From: Trueperaceae bacterium
GTDB lineage: Bacteria > Deinococcota > Deinococci > Deinococcales > Trueperaceae
NCBI GenBank assembly: GCA_034520945.1
Contig: JAXHNB010000006.1
Location: forward strand, 192,001 to 256,000
Direction: 5' to 3'
Length of the DNA stretch: 64,000 nt
In this document: piece by piece, positions 20,401 through 28,151 of the stretch
Position numbering within the stretch: position 1 is the first letter of the stretch
Layout: the number at the start of each line of letters is the position of its first letter
Notes under the pieces: generated by a model
What the model saw: the letters and a program-made list of their open reading frames with translations, nothing else
The model's database searches: none
Told to the model about the DNA's origin: nothing
Made by a program: the position numbers and the translations under genes

Positions 20401-20484
20401 GCCCGAGACGAGGGCGACCAGCACCACGAGGAAGCGGCGAGCCGCTCGGCCCATTCGCTTCGATTGGTTCGGCGTAAGATACAT
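8473..20484 (-). CDS. Giant secreted surface protein with tandem DUF11 / isopeptide (pilin D2-like) Ig repeats, a C-terminal SdrD-B-like domain and a short terminal domain
   Basis: Signal peptide MGRAARRFLVVLVALVSGLALA|Q. Repeated K..., GE/GD.V.Y, D.LP.GL, N.A motifs and DPDPDGDG loops; GRVYLDVNGDG...TTTDVEGRYAF near the C-terminus. Start ATG 20484 or 20454; the track start 20769 overlaps deoC. Confidence 0.85.
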   Translation of the reverse strand: MYLTPNQSKRMGRAARRFLVVLVALVSGLALAQPPAVDVELSSPGAVPLGGTSTLVASFDGRDATGYGPFIDLIVPVTGMDGDDGVDDGVSVTGARYLGSNVAYTVVDFEDDGTGSAVAEHPLLVDDTGQPVMVPAPAGYGVGDALVVIEPPFGSVTPGQPPIDVEVDLELSNLADLTPSLEIQGRGGFFLGGNALDNPDDDPQVVQEIEQAATSLVEPRVLTASKSYSGPENETAIGKNFPRQYRLTVDIPDGQTVADLVLTDVLPGNLAFLAVDDDGGGSVELAPLAHEKGGTLEVAFGSLTGDPGVDAEVTFSFYVPLTDADGVPSGDQGNKKQATNTLAVDGTWEPFDTRDATEQLSAADDHVLQLVNNEGEDVQPVNGLLTVQKRASLDTDQGATGPTPGDRVEYVVDIQISDDSAFDELVVTDDLGDGLAFVDDPSPEVTLNTGAGAGGTITIAASETSNVDDGTTTLTFDVSTALDDADIDGAEDGRVLGGCVPPSGGTVDCNAYDAGPTTLTLTFLADIMETYRKAPASDETTVVQGDVLTNDVAARGEILDPSDLTTTRQTDDDTSSASVRVPTPTLGKALYAIDGVLAPEPPEFAPGSSVTYRLTLDLPTSDFEDLEIRDYFPLPVFDVDSLPGSLDFVTDAGAVPTAGAWAYGPTHDFSSDPTVSVHAATNSVAFDFDSNNDAGSNPSTIDLLITLRTEDAAFSDRLLLTNLGSARASTSDSTTQNLASDAIVQVVYTRPELNVSKGVVAVTNSQLDSQPTFPFPSTSITSTTNRDAFDQDLSGVDAGDVITFAIIVENTGSGVGGARDVIVADDLPAGLTIGDASNLKVRAGNDTPLATSDTLSDLFGAGLEIDDVLAPGVVDGAPTSDGSNIAVITYRVTLPDTVTPSTDYANTSTIESFAGREDGTNLAPALRPSDDATVTTDEPSISKSVVATSEAHTSGSDVTIGEIVRYEVDVVVPEGTTEGLVIEDQLPDGLTAVDVPDTVKVTTRNGLGGVTVSSDDITYDAGAHQLRINVGDVVNSDNDADDEILTVEFNALVENVASNQDTDVLQNSVTAETSTTSSGPAQESVTVREPLPTVDKSVVGAATGDANDTPTFEIVVTGGNTAAFDLQLTDIVPTPLTVTNVSITTTTIDNAPNITDNSSGNTIDLTIDRLDPGEKVTVTVDTTVQIGAEPSEQIVNTANLTFTSLPGEGTADNGTGSQAGDPGTAGGERTGSGTSPNPPNDYTRSGTATFDVRSPQAAKLLIDTSESRTQGSDVAIGEVVRYELEVVVPEGTSSNLTVRDDLPLGLAPINLDSTLTIDTTNFDDTATFGSPSPTAQESDDTPKPGRTRLEFDFGEVVNNDSDPDDETILIEFDVLVLNVAPDTSGTTFAAGATFANRFDVLVGGTVRATSASEDVTLVEPDLTLSSDVVSTDGVGTIDASGDLSGADARDEAVLDFVIANDGDADAFELVLDETLPAGLELVSVTTANVPAYVTADTSSSSTATGTVSVSIDELHVGDDVTVKIRVRLTGDATPGDIITTTPSVRYTGLLGNGSRTPGASGDDDGERNGSDGDLGNEDPNDYVANGISQITVRNLAIRKSIVGTSEPSTQAGTDATDATIGEIVRYRLEVDVPEGETPGLTVVDDLPDGLTAVDNLEGSAAVTPEGFQNTPTFGVSANPIPTTSNDGATITFDFGVVTNADDDAGTETLRIEFDVLVARPAEDGDTLDNEAAVRSDGSDAATAEPVTVDVVEPDLGTPVKSLVTAPTDAGDAVQYELTFKNTGTATAFDVAVTDPLDPLLERADAALPAAAVTSTVSPAPTITTDDSDATKVNLVLDAIDPDETVTVTIDATVIATAPAGGSIANQAKVAYDSLPGTGTSMSDGDNETFSEASDGDQASYGPTYSNEVTTSLAEPTVSKSVDPATAPVGAPVAFTVTVTLPEGITRDLVLSDTLPTGLGYLSHSVDAGAFGGTLPTPSETVPGSSDSGGTFSLDFGDVTATANDDATDDTFDVVVTARVLDETGVTRGSELTNDVSLSFTDPESDGGTPEATATLTIEEPELTVTKEIVAVTGNGTASDGDASSLDVGDEVEYLVTIAHTSDSDATAYDLAVTDDVPAGLTLATPTASDVTAPSGATVDLARSDADTVGVDVSDLPEGETVTITYRATLDAGSTASATITNTAGLGYQSLADDDEPEQRSYATDDSASATTADPTLGVAKRLVDGPMPAPNADGTYDLEFVFTLENLGDVSLADVGLTEDLDATFGPAGPSWEITSLTATGSLTEAGGVVGATTGDGAQQLLDAASSTLAIGASATVTLGVLVTPDAPTDLANYDNAATGSATSEGGIDAPDDVSTDGNDPDPDGDGDGDPTEQDPTPVVLADDENLSLSKAAPATFDFGDGAEDNPRNNGDGTYDLAYTLTLTNTGDVDLTNVQITDDLSATFDDAANTSILDLDSSTLGVNDTYDGDTDQGLLAPNQALDVGQTTTITLTLRITPAADLGPYDNDASATGTTPSGGTADDTATAPSTTFDESPAIGIAKAVPTSFDFGGGAEDNPHNNGDGTYDLAYTLTLTNTGDVDLTNVQITDDLSATFDDAAGYTVLGLASPDLDVNDGTNGYDGDTDQGLLAPNQTLDVGQTATITLTLRITPAADLGPYDNQASAEGTSPANVQVTDDSVAGTDPDASGNGDPGDDAGPTPVTFAEAPALTLAKNAPDTFAFGGGAAEPNPRNNGDGTYDLAYTLALENTGDVSLAGVQANDDLTGTFADATSFTVLSLASPDLDVNGAYDGDSDTGLLAPNQSLDVGDTATLTLTVRITPAADLGPYQNQATAEGTSPADIQVTDDGDAETTFREDPRIGVAKRFVELAAVDGSPGVFDVTFAFVLGNYGDVPLQDVGLEDDLATSLQNSAYTIQALTADGGLVPNAALVGQSDPAGTLQLLDTTQSALPGPTGGAVPTGTVTLTLRVTPDDPSADYENTAVASGEGPGETPTDDDSVAGEDPDPDENGDPGDDASPTPFTFESPALGLAKRVAAAENLGDGRYRIELRFTLVNFGDVPLSDLSIQDDLQGQYAAVEAIEEVRGVDGDLTTTGDAYDGAAGSELLAPGQTLPVGASYEAAVEVVVRPGTALADGELLLENRADAGGTSPGGQRVEDASNDGSDPDQGDPDGGDASLNGDGDPTNNAGPTPVTLREAPALTLSKTVPERYAFDGGTGANPRNNGDGSYDLAYRLDVENTGDVELRDLRIDDDLATAFAAADAVEVLRVEASGLDPNAGYDGVSTTNLVADGQTLAAGASATVDLVLRVTPGRDLGPYVNDAQASGTSPAGTGTEDDATGPAVTFTENPVLGVAKRVPATFDFGDGPTANPSNERDGRYTLAYRFVLENLGDVDLDAVGLRDDLETTFGEDKARVLEVRADAPLVAAESYDGAQRVGLLASSSTLAVGERATVTLIVEVTPGSDLGPYENRADATGRSPADQPVRDDSVDGADPDPDGDGDPDERGPTEVTFPESPVLGVAKDASVRRVADGSYRATFTLTLENLGDIDLRDLSIQDDLRVFYERAGLGADRIRVESDDLDVSPDFDGRDRDELLAPGQTLPFEARATITIVLEGLRPSEGTSTLENLAFASGRAPSGAPTDDASAPGLDPDPDGDGDPGGPGEDEPTDVPFDDELALLLEKRAGEGPFQVGERVPYTVWISNPGDEAIVFDLVDTPPERTAWVEGSAHLTPEPGGEARPDRSPIDGREVLVWRDLRLRPGGSLEVGYELRVLPGAEGEMRNLAVAYGGSEGGGPVTSNEAAVVVTIDQGVFDRERTLLLGRVYLDVNGDGAYDPDIDAPLPDARVLLASGVQTTTDVEGRYAFREVERGVWAVRLDRRTAPFAPAPHPEAVGDGFLHRVRVEGVTVSDFPLVPRAGLADTVRTTRLSQGPITVDKRHVPIEEGIRVVLEVRVASPTGDVVLVDPRPGDGRSSRFEIPAGTDTVTFHYDLPPESPMTDPYLEWSER
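12000..13296 (-). repeat. Three near-identical intragenic tandem repeat units (~450-500 nt period) in the giant surface protein
   Basis: Copies at about 12000-12305, 12508-12846 and 12967-13296. For example gtaggggccgaggtcggcggcgggggtgat occurs in all three, and gtcgtcgaaggtagcgctgagatcgtcggtgatctggacgttcgtgaggtcgacgtcgccggtgttggtgagggtgagggtgtaggcgaggtcgta is identical in two. Confidence 0.92.
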
Positions 20485-20720
20485 AGTGCCGGAAGTGTAC
20501 GCCGGCCAGCATGACACGAAAGTCACATGATACTGGGGGCCAGGAACGGGCAACCTCGTGGGGCGTCGACCGATTCGTCGATGGGTTCGAGGGCCTAGGA
20601 TCGGTGCGTCTCGATGATTCGGTAGAGGAGCTTGCCGAGAGCGAGCGCCGCGATCGGTTCCGCCCGTCGTGCTGCCCGAACGGTATGCTACTGGCACGAC
20701 TGGTTGGGAGGCTTTTCGCG

Positions 20721-21719
20721 ATGACCCACTCCGTTCCCGCGAGCTCGGATCGGGCGCCGGCGGTCGCACCGGCGACCCGCAACCCCGGTGTGCCGTTCGA
20801 CGCTGCCTGGTTCGAGGAGGCGCGCGTCAATCGCTCCGCGACGCAGCGGCGCGCCACCACGCTCGCCCCCCGCCGCAGTGTCAAGAAGGACCACCAGGCC
20901 GCCTGGTTGTTGCGCGCCGTGACGATGATCGACCTGACCACCCTGGCCGGCGACGACACCGCCGGGCGGGTGCGCCGCCTGTGCGCCAAGGCCCGCCGGC
21001 CCGTCCGGGAGGACCTGCTGGCCGCGCTGGGCATGGCGGACGCCGGGTTGACGGTCGGCGCCGTGTGCGTCTACCCCACCATGGTCCCGCACGCGGTGCG
21101 GGCGCTGGAGGGAAGCGGCGTGCCCGTGGCGTCGGTCGCCTCGGGGTTCCCGAGCGGCCTGATGCCGATGCCGCAACGCCTGGCGGAGGTGCGTTGGGCC
21201 GTGGACGCCGGCGCCGCCGAGATCGACGTGGTGATTACCCGCGAGCTGGTGCTCACCGGACGCTGGGAGGCGCTGTACGACGAGGTCGCGGCGTTCCGGG
21301 ACGCGGTCGGCGAAGCGCACCTGAAGGTGATCCTCGCCACCGGCGAGCTCGGCACGCTCGCAGAGGTGTACAAGGCGTCCATGATCGCGATGATGGCCGG
21401 CGCCGACTTCGTGAAGACCAGCACCGGCAAGGAGCCGACCAACGCCACCCTGGAGGTCGGCCTGGTGATGTCGCGCGCGGTGCGGGCGTACCAGGAACGC
21501 ACCGGCGTCCGCGTCGGCTTCAAGCCGGCCGGCGGGATCCGGCAGGCCAAGGAGGCGCTCGCCTGGCTGGCGCTCATCAAGGACGAACTCGGCGACGCTT
21601 GGCTTACGGCCGACGCATTCCGGTTCGGCGCGTCCAGCCTGCTGGGTGACATCGAACGGCAGCTCGAGCACCACGTCACCGGCCGCTACGCCGCCGCGCA
21701 CCACCAACCGCTGGCCTGA
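20721..21719 (+). CDS. deoC: Deoxyribose-phosphate aldolase (long, DERA-like type)
   Basis: IDLTTLAGDDT, AVCVYP, EIDVVI, LKVIL, ADFVKTSTGK, GFKPAGGI, RFGASSLL. GGGAGG SD upstream of ATG 20721. Confidence 0.95.
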   Translation: MTHSVPASSDRAPAVAPATRNPGVPFDAAWFEEARVNRSATQRRATTLAPRRSVKKDHQAAWLLRAVTMIDLTTLAGDDTAGRVRRLCAKARRPVREDLLAALGMADAGLTVGAVCVYPTMVPHAVRALEGSGVPVASVASGFPSGLMPMPQRLAEVRWAVDAGAAEIDVVITRELVLTGRWEALYDEVAAFRDAVGEAHLKVILATGELGTLAEVYKASMIAMMAGADFVKTSTGKEPTNATLEVGLVMSRAVRAYQERTGVRVGFKPAGGIRQAKEALAWLALIKDELGDAWLTADAFRFGASSLLGDIERQLEHHVTGRYAAAHHQPLA

Positions 21720-22282
21720 TGTTCCTCCTTCCGATCGACGACGACCTCGCACTATGGCTGTTGGAGCACCGTCACGCCGAGCCGTTGTTCGCACGGGTGG
21801 AGGAGAACCGCGACGAGCTCGGCCGCTGGCTGCCCTGGGTGGAGACCACCCGCAGTCCCGACGACGTGCGCGCCTTCATCGAGCGCGGCCTTGCGCGCTT
21901 CGCCCGCGGCGACGGCTTCGAAACCGGCATCGCGCTGCACGGTCGCCTGGTCGGTTGCCTCGGGCTGCACTACGTCTCCCGGCCCGAAGGCTGCACCGAG
22001 ATCGGCTTCTGGTTGGCGCGCGAGGCGCAAGGCGCCGGCGTGATGAGCCGCGCGGTGGCGGGCCTGTTGCCGCACCTCTACGACGACCTGGACCTGCGCC
22101 GCGTCGAGATCCGCTGCAACCCCGCCAATGAAGACGCCCGCGCCGTGCCCGAACGCCTCGGCTTCCGTGAGGAGGGGGTGCTACGCCAGGTCGGATTCAG
22201 CGATGGCCAACCGTACGACCACGTGGTGTACGCCCTTCTCCGCGACGAATGGAAGGAACGCTTTGATGAAGCCACCCACTAG
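21719..22282 (+). CDS. GNAT acetyltransferase, RimJ/RimL family
   Basis: WLPWV, EIGFWL, QGAGV, N..ARAVPERLGFREEG. TGATG overlap with the deoC stop. Confidence 0.9.
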   Translation: MFLLPIDDDLALWLLEHRHAEPLFARVEENRDELGRWLPWVETTRSPDDVRAFIERGLARFARGDGFETGIALHGRLVGCLGLHYVSRPEGCTEIGFWLAREAQGAGVMSRAVAGLLPHLYDDLDLRRVEIRCNPANEDARAVPERLGFREEGVLRQVGFSDGQPYDHVVYALLRDEWKERFDEATH

Positions 22283-22291
22283 GATGCGCCC

Positions 22292-24685
22292 ATGCCGAGC
22301 GTGAAGGAGATCTTCGACACCATGGCGTACGGCCCCGCCCCCGAGAGCGCCGACCCCGCCCACGCCTGGCTGGACGCGCAAGGCCGCCGCTTTGGGCACG
22401 CCATCGGCGGCGCGTTCGAGGCGCCGGGCGAGCGCACCTTCGAAAGCCGCAACCCCGCCACCGACCAGGTGCTGGCCGTCGTCACCGACGGCAGCGCCGA
22501 GGACGTCGGTCGCGCCGTGGACGCTGCCCGCGACGCCTTCCCGGCCTGGTCGGGGCTCCGGCCGCACCAGCGCGCCCGGCACCTGTACGCCCTGGCCCGC
22601 CACGTCCAGAAGCACGCACGCTTCCTGTCCGTCCTCGAGACGCTGGACAACGGCAAGCCGATCCGCGAGAGCCGCGACATCGACGTGCCCCTCGTGGCGC
22701 GCCACTACTACCACCACGCCGGCTGGGCCCAACTCCGCAACGATGCGTTCCCCGGATTCGAACCGATCGGGGTGTGCGGTCAGATCATCCCCTGGAACTT
22801 CCCGCTGCTGATGATGGCGTGGAAGGTCGCGCCCGCCCTCGCCGCCGGCTGCACCGTCGTGCTGAAACCGGCCGAGCACACGCCGCTGACCGCCCTGGCG
22901 TTCGCACGCATCGCCCGCGAGGCGGGACTCCCGGACGGCGTGCTCAACGTGGTGACCGGCGCGGGCGACACCGGCGCCGCCCTGGCCGCGCATCCTGGCA
23001 TCGACAAGGTCGCCTTCACCGGCTCGACCGAGGTCGGCCGCCGCATCCGCCAGGCGACCGCCGGCAGCGGCAAGGGGCTCACCCTCGAACTGGGCGGCAA
23101 GTCGCCGTTCGTGGTGTTCGCCGACGCAGACCTGGACGGCGCGGTCGAAGGCGTCGTGGACGCGATCTGGTTCAACCAGGGCCAGGTGTGCTGCGCCGGC
23201 AGCCGCCTGCTGTTGCAGGAGGGGATCGCCGACGACTTCGTGGCCCGCCTCAGGCGCCGCATGGAGACCCTCCGGGTCGGCGACCCGATGGACAAGGCCG
23301 TCGACATGGGCGCCATCGTGGCGCCGGTCCAACTGGACCGCATCCGCGAACTGGTCGCCCAGGGCGAGGCCGAGGGCGCGCAGTGCTGGCAGCCGTCGTG
23401 GGCGGTGCCGCAGGAGGGCCTGTTCTACCCACCGACGCTGTTCACCCACGTCGACCCCGCCTCCACCCTGAACCAGGTCGAGATCTTCGGACCCGTGCTG
23501 GTGTCCACCACCTTCCGGACGCCCCATGAGGCGATCGAGCTGGCCAACGACACCCGCTACGGCCTGGCGGCCAGCGTGTGGAGCGACGACGTGAACCTCG
23601 CCCTGCACGTCGCGCCCCGACTCGAGGCCGGCGTGGTGTGGGTCAACGGCACGAATCAGTTCGACGCCGCCGCCGGCTTCGGCGGCGTGCGCGAGTCCGG
23701 CTTCGGTCGCGAAGGCGGCCGCGAGGGGATGTACGCCTACCTGCAGGGCCCCGCCGAGCGCGGCCTGCCCGCCTACGCCGACGACGCCTTCGCGGCATCG
23801 CCCCAGGCCGCCATCGGCGCCGGCGCGCCCAGCAGCGACGCGATCGACCGCACCCCGAAGCTGTACATCGGCGGCAAACAAACCCGCCCCGACGCGACCT
23901 ACGTCTACCCGGTGCAGGGCCCGGACGGCGCCCACCTGGGCGAGGCGGGCCTGGGCAACCGCAAGGACGTCCGCGACGCGGTCGAGGCCGCCCGCAAGCA
24001 GACCGGCTGGGCCGGCGCCGCCGCCCACCAACGCGCCCAGATCCTGTACTACCTGGCCGAGAACCTCGCGGTCCGCGAGGACGACTTCGCGGAGCGCATC
24101 CGCGCCATGACCGGCACGAATGGGGCCAAGGCCCGCCGTGAGGTGCAGCTGTCGGTCGAGCGGCTGTTCACCTACGCCGCCTGGGCCGACAAGATGGACG
24201 GCGATGTGCACGCCGTGCCGATCCGCGCCGTCACGCTGGCGATGAAGGAGCCGTGGGGCGTCGTCGGCCTGACCTGCCCCGACGAGGCGCCGCTGCTGGC
24301 GCTGGTGTCGCTGGCCGCGCCGTTGCTGGCCATGGGCAACCGGGTGGTGGCGGTGCCGTCGCCGCGCTGGCCGCTGGCCGCGACCGACCTGTACCAGGTG
24401 CTCGACACCAGCGACCTTCCCGGGGGCGCCCTGAACCTGATCACCGGCGACCGCAGTGAACTCGGCCGCGCGCTGGCCGGCCACGACGACGTGCAGGCGA
24501 TGTGGTACGTCGGGCCCGTCGGCGGCTGCGCCGAGGTCGAACGCCTGTCGGCCGGCAACCTCAAGCCCACCTGGACCAACCTCGGACGCCGCATCGACTG
24601 GTTCGACGACGCCCGCGCCAGCGGCGAAGCCTGGCTGCGCCGCGCCTACCGCGTCAAGAACGTCTGGGTCCCCTACGGGGTCTGA
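22292..24685 (+). CDS. Aldehyde dehydrogenase with an extra C-terminal ALDH half-domain (ALDH16-type)
   Basis: IIPWNFP, LKPAE, FTGSTEVG, LELGGKSP, NQGQVCCAG, EIFGP, SGFGREGG, then a second degenerate N-terminal-like module. 797 aa. Confidence 0.92.
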   Translation: MPSVKEIFDTMAYGPAPESADPAHAWLDAQGRRFGHAIGGAFEAPGERTFESRNPATDQVLAVVTDGSAEDVGRAVDAARDAFPAWSGLRPHQRARHLYALARHVQKHARFLSVLETLDNGKPIRESRDIDVPLVARHYYHHAGWAQLRNDAFPGFEPIGVCGQIIPWNFPLLMMAWKVAPALAAGCTVVLKPAEHTPLTALAFARIAREAGLPDGVLNVVTGAGDTGAALAAHPGIDKVAFTGSTEVGRRIRQATAGSGKGLTLELGGKSPFVVFADADLDGAVEGVVDAIWFNQGQVCCAGSRLLLQEGIADDFVARLRRRMETLRVGDPMDKAVDMGAIVAPVQLDRIRELVAQGEAEGAQCWQPSWAVPQEGLFYPPTLFTHVDPASTLNQVEIFGPVLVSTTFRTPHEAIELANDTRYGLAASVWSDDVNLALHVAPRLEAGVVWVNGTNQFDAAAGFGGVRESGFGREGGREGMYAYLQGPAERGLPAYADDAFAASPQAAIGAGAPSSDAIDRTPKLYIGGKQTRPDATYVYPVQGPDGAHLGEAGLGNRKDVRDAVEAARKQTGWAGAAAHQRAQILYYLAENLAVREDDFAERIRAMTGTNGAKARREVQLSVERLFTYAAWADKMDGDVHAVPIRAVTLAMKEPWGVVGLTCPDEAPLLALVSLAAPLLAMGNRVVAVPSPRWPLAATDLYQVLDTSDLPGGALNLITGDRSELGRALAGHDDVQAMWYVGPVGGCAEVERLSAGNLKPTWTNLGRRIDWFDDARASGEAWLRRAYRVKNVWVPYGV

Positions 24686-24700
24686 GCGCGCGGCGCCGGG

Positions 24701-25416
24701 TCAGAGCGACAGGTAGGCCTCGCGCACGGCCGCGTCGCGCAGGAGCTCCTCGCCGCTGCCGCGCCTTCGCACCTCGCCCGTCTCCAGCACGATGGCCTGG
24801 TCGGCCAGGCGCAGGGACTGCTGCACGTTCTGCTCGACCAGGACGACGGTGACCCCTTGCGCGTGCACGTCGGCCAAGGCGCGGAACACGGTGCCGACCA
24901 GGGCAGGGGCGAGGCCGAGGCTGGGCTCGTCCACCAGCAGGAGCCGTGGCCGGCCCATCAGCGCACGACCGATGGCCAGCATCTGCCGTTCGCCGCCGGA
25001 CAGGGTGCCGGCGAGCTGCTTCTCGCGCTCCTGCAGGCGCGGAAACAGGTCGTAGATCCACGTGCGGGTTTCGGCGACGTGCCGGCGCGCGCCCTCCAGG
25101 TAGTCGGCGCCGGCCTCCAGGTTCTCGCGCACCGTCATCGCCGGGAACAGCTGCCGGCCTTCGGGGACGTGCCCGACGCCGAGGCGGACGATGCCGGCGG
25201 CACTGACGCCGGCCAACGGGCGGCCGAACGCCGCGACGTGGCCGCCCCGAACGGGGATCAGCCCGGAGATGGTGCGCAGCAGGGTGGTCTTGCCGGCGCC
25301 GTTGGCGCCGATCACCGTGGTGAAGCTGCCTTCGGGCACGCGCAGATCGACGTCCCACAGGACCTGGATCTTGCCGTACCCGGCGCACAGCGCCGTGACC
25401 TCGAGCGCGGGGGCGT

Positions 25417-25420
<4 letters not shown>
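24701..25420 (-). CDS. Branched-chain amino acid-type ABC transporter ATP-binding protein (LivF-like)
   Basis: GANGAGKTT, VPEGRQLF, LSGGERQM, LLLVDEPSLGLAP. Confidence 0.93.
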
Positions 25421-26168
<748 letters not shown>

Positions 26169-26172
<4 letters not shown>

Positions 26173-27176
26173 CGCGGGCCTCCCGGGCGGCGGACGCGCC
26201 GAGCCAGGCCGCGCACCAGGCCGACGATGCCGCGCGGCATGTACAGGATCGACAGCACCAGCACCAGCCCGTAGCCGATCAGGTAGCCCTCGGAGAAGGT
26301 TCGCTTGAGGGTCTCTTCGAGCCCCGTGAGCAGGCCGGCGCCCAGGATCGGGCCGAGGGTGGTGTACAGGCCGCCGAAGATGGGGGTGACCAGGGCGAAC
26401 ACGGTGGTGTGGACCGCGAAGGCGGCTTCCGGCACGACCGAGCCGATGCGGTGGGCGTGAAGCGCACCCAGCGTGCCGACCCCCACGCTGGACAGCGCGA
26501 ACGCCAGGATCTTGGTGCGGGCGGGCCGGACGCCCATCACGGCGGCGACCGCTTCGTTGGTGCGGATGGCGGTGAAGGCGTGGTTCAGGCGGGAGCGGCG
26601 GGTGTACAGGCTCATCACGATCACGAACAGCAGCAGCGCGGCGTACGCCAGGAAGTAGCCTTCGTTGCGCAGGAAGGCGATCTCCCACCGTTCCATCTCG
26701 CCGGGCACGAAGGCGGGCCGGAACAACGCCGGCACGTTGAGGCCGGCCGCGCCGCCCGCGATGCCGGTGGGAAGCTGTCGCACCACCGCGCGGAGCACCT
26801 CCGCGAAGGCGAGCGTGGCGATCGCGAAGTAGATGCCGCGCAGCCGGAGCGTGACCATGCCGAGTGGGACGGCCAGCAGGACCGCTACGAGCCCGCCGAG
26901 CGGAATCCCGACCCATAGGGCGGTCACGTCCTGGCGGGCGAGGATGGCGGTGGTGTACGCGCCCGCGCCGTAGAAGGCCGCGTGCGCCAGCGACAGCTGC
27001 CCGGTGCGGGCCAGCAGGTCCCAGGTGAGCGCCAGCACCATCAGGCCCAGCGCGTTGGTGGCCAGCGAGAGGTAGCTGACCGAGGCGCGGCCGTACGCGC
27101 CACGCAACAGGTCGGGCAGGAACCAGAGCACCGCGGCGAACGCCAGCACGGTCAGGAGGTCACGGCCGAGCTTCAT
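26169..27176 (-). CDS. Branched-chain amino acid-type ABC transporter permease (LivM-like)
   Basis: GQLSLAHAAFYGAGAY, RLRGIYFAIATLAFAE, AIRTNE..A, MPRGIVG. Confidence 0.92.
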
Positions 27177-28039
27177 GCGGGCCTCCGGCTGCGCCAGATC
27201 AGGGCGACGAAGATGATGGCGAAGAACACGCCGTTGGAGAGCGTGCTGCCGTTGGGAACCAGGTTGGCGACCAGCGATTCGGCCAGGCCCACCGCCAGCG
27301 AGGCGAGCAGGACGCCACGCACGTTGCCGAGGCCGGCCAGGACCACGATCGAGAACGCCTTGAGGGTGAACGTCAGGCCGATGGTGGGGGTCGGCGATTG
27401 GATCACGGCGATCATCACCCCACCGATCCCGGCCAGCAGTGCCGAGAGGGCGAAGGCGACGAGGTAGATGCGGTCGACCTCCAGGCCGACCAGGGAGGCG
27501 CCGATGCGGTTCTGCGCCACCGCCCGCATGGCGCGGCCGAGGCGCGTGCGGACGAGCGCGACGTACAGGCCGAGCACGAGGGTCAGCGACAGGGCGAAGC
27601 TGACCAGTTGCACAAGGCCGACCGACACGCCGAATACCCGGTAGCCGATCGAGCGGTAGGGGATGCCCGAGATCGAGACCGGGTCGCCGCCCCAGATGAG
27701 CAGCGCCAGATTCTGCAGCACGATGGCGATCCCGAAGGTGAGGAGCATCTGGTTCAGTTCGGGTGCGCGCAGAACGTGACGGAGCGCGAATCGATAGATC
27801 ACCGCGCCCAGGAGGAACAGGGCCGGTGCGACGAAGAGAAGTGCGACGACGGGGTCGAGGCCGAACCAGACGTACGCCTGATAGGTGAGGAAGGCGCCGA
27901 CCATGAAGAATTCGCCGTGCGCGAAGTTGACGATGCCGAGCACGCCGATGCAGAGGGCCAGGCCCACCGACACCAGCGCGTACAGGCCGGACGCGAGGAC
28001 GCCCGAGACGAGGGCTTGCGGCAGCAGGGAGAGGTCCAT
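27173..28039 (-). CDS. Branched-chain amino acid-type ABC transporter permease (LivH-like)
   Basis: GIVNFAHGEF, TRLGRAMRAVAQN, LAGLGN. ATG at 28039. Confidence 0.92.
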   Translation of the reverse strand: MDLSLLPQALVSGVLASGLYALVSVGLALCIGVLGIVNFAHGEFFMVGAFLTYQAYVWFGLDPVVALLFVAPALFLLGAVIYRFALRHVLRAPELNQMLLTFGIAIVLQNLALLIWGGDPVSISGIPYRSIGYRVFGVSVGLVQLVSFALSLTLVLGLYVALVRTRLGRAMRAVAQNRIGASLVGLEVDRIYLVAFALSALLAGIGGVMIAVIQSPTPTIGLTFTLKAFSIVVLAGLGNVRGVLLASLAVGLAESLVANLVPNGSTLSNGVFFAIIFVALIWRSRRPA

Positions 28040-28151
28040 TCGGCTCCGTGGGGGGTCGAGGGGGCCCCGCGGGGCCCGAACGCCGGTGACATGGGTTCGG
28101 GACCCGCGGGCACGGGGTCGGCGCGCCCGCGGAGGGCGGCCGACCGTTAGC

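Noticed and set aside
20485..20769. Apparent overlap of the giant ORF's N-terminus with the deoC ORF (track starts 20769 and 20511)
   Set aside because: The signal peptide begins at 20484/20454 and deoC has an SD-led ATG at 20721, so this is a normal divergent intergenic region.
28040..28151. GC-rich hairpins between the SBP and permease genes
   Set aside because: Typical mRNA-stabilising structure after a binding-protein gene, and expected by chance at this GC level.
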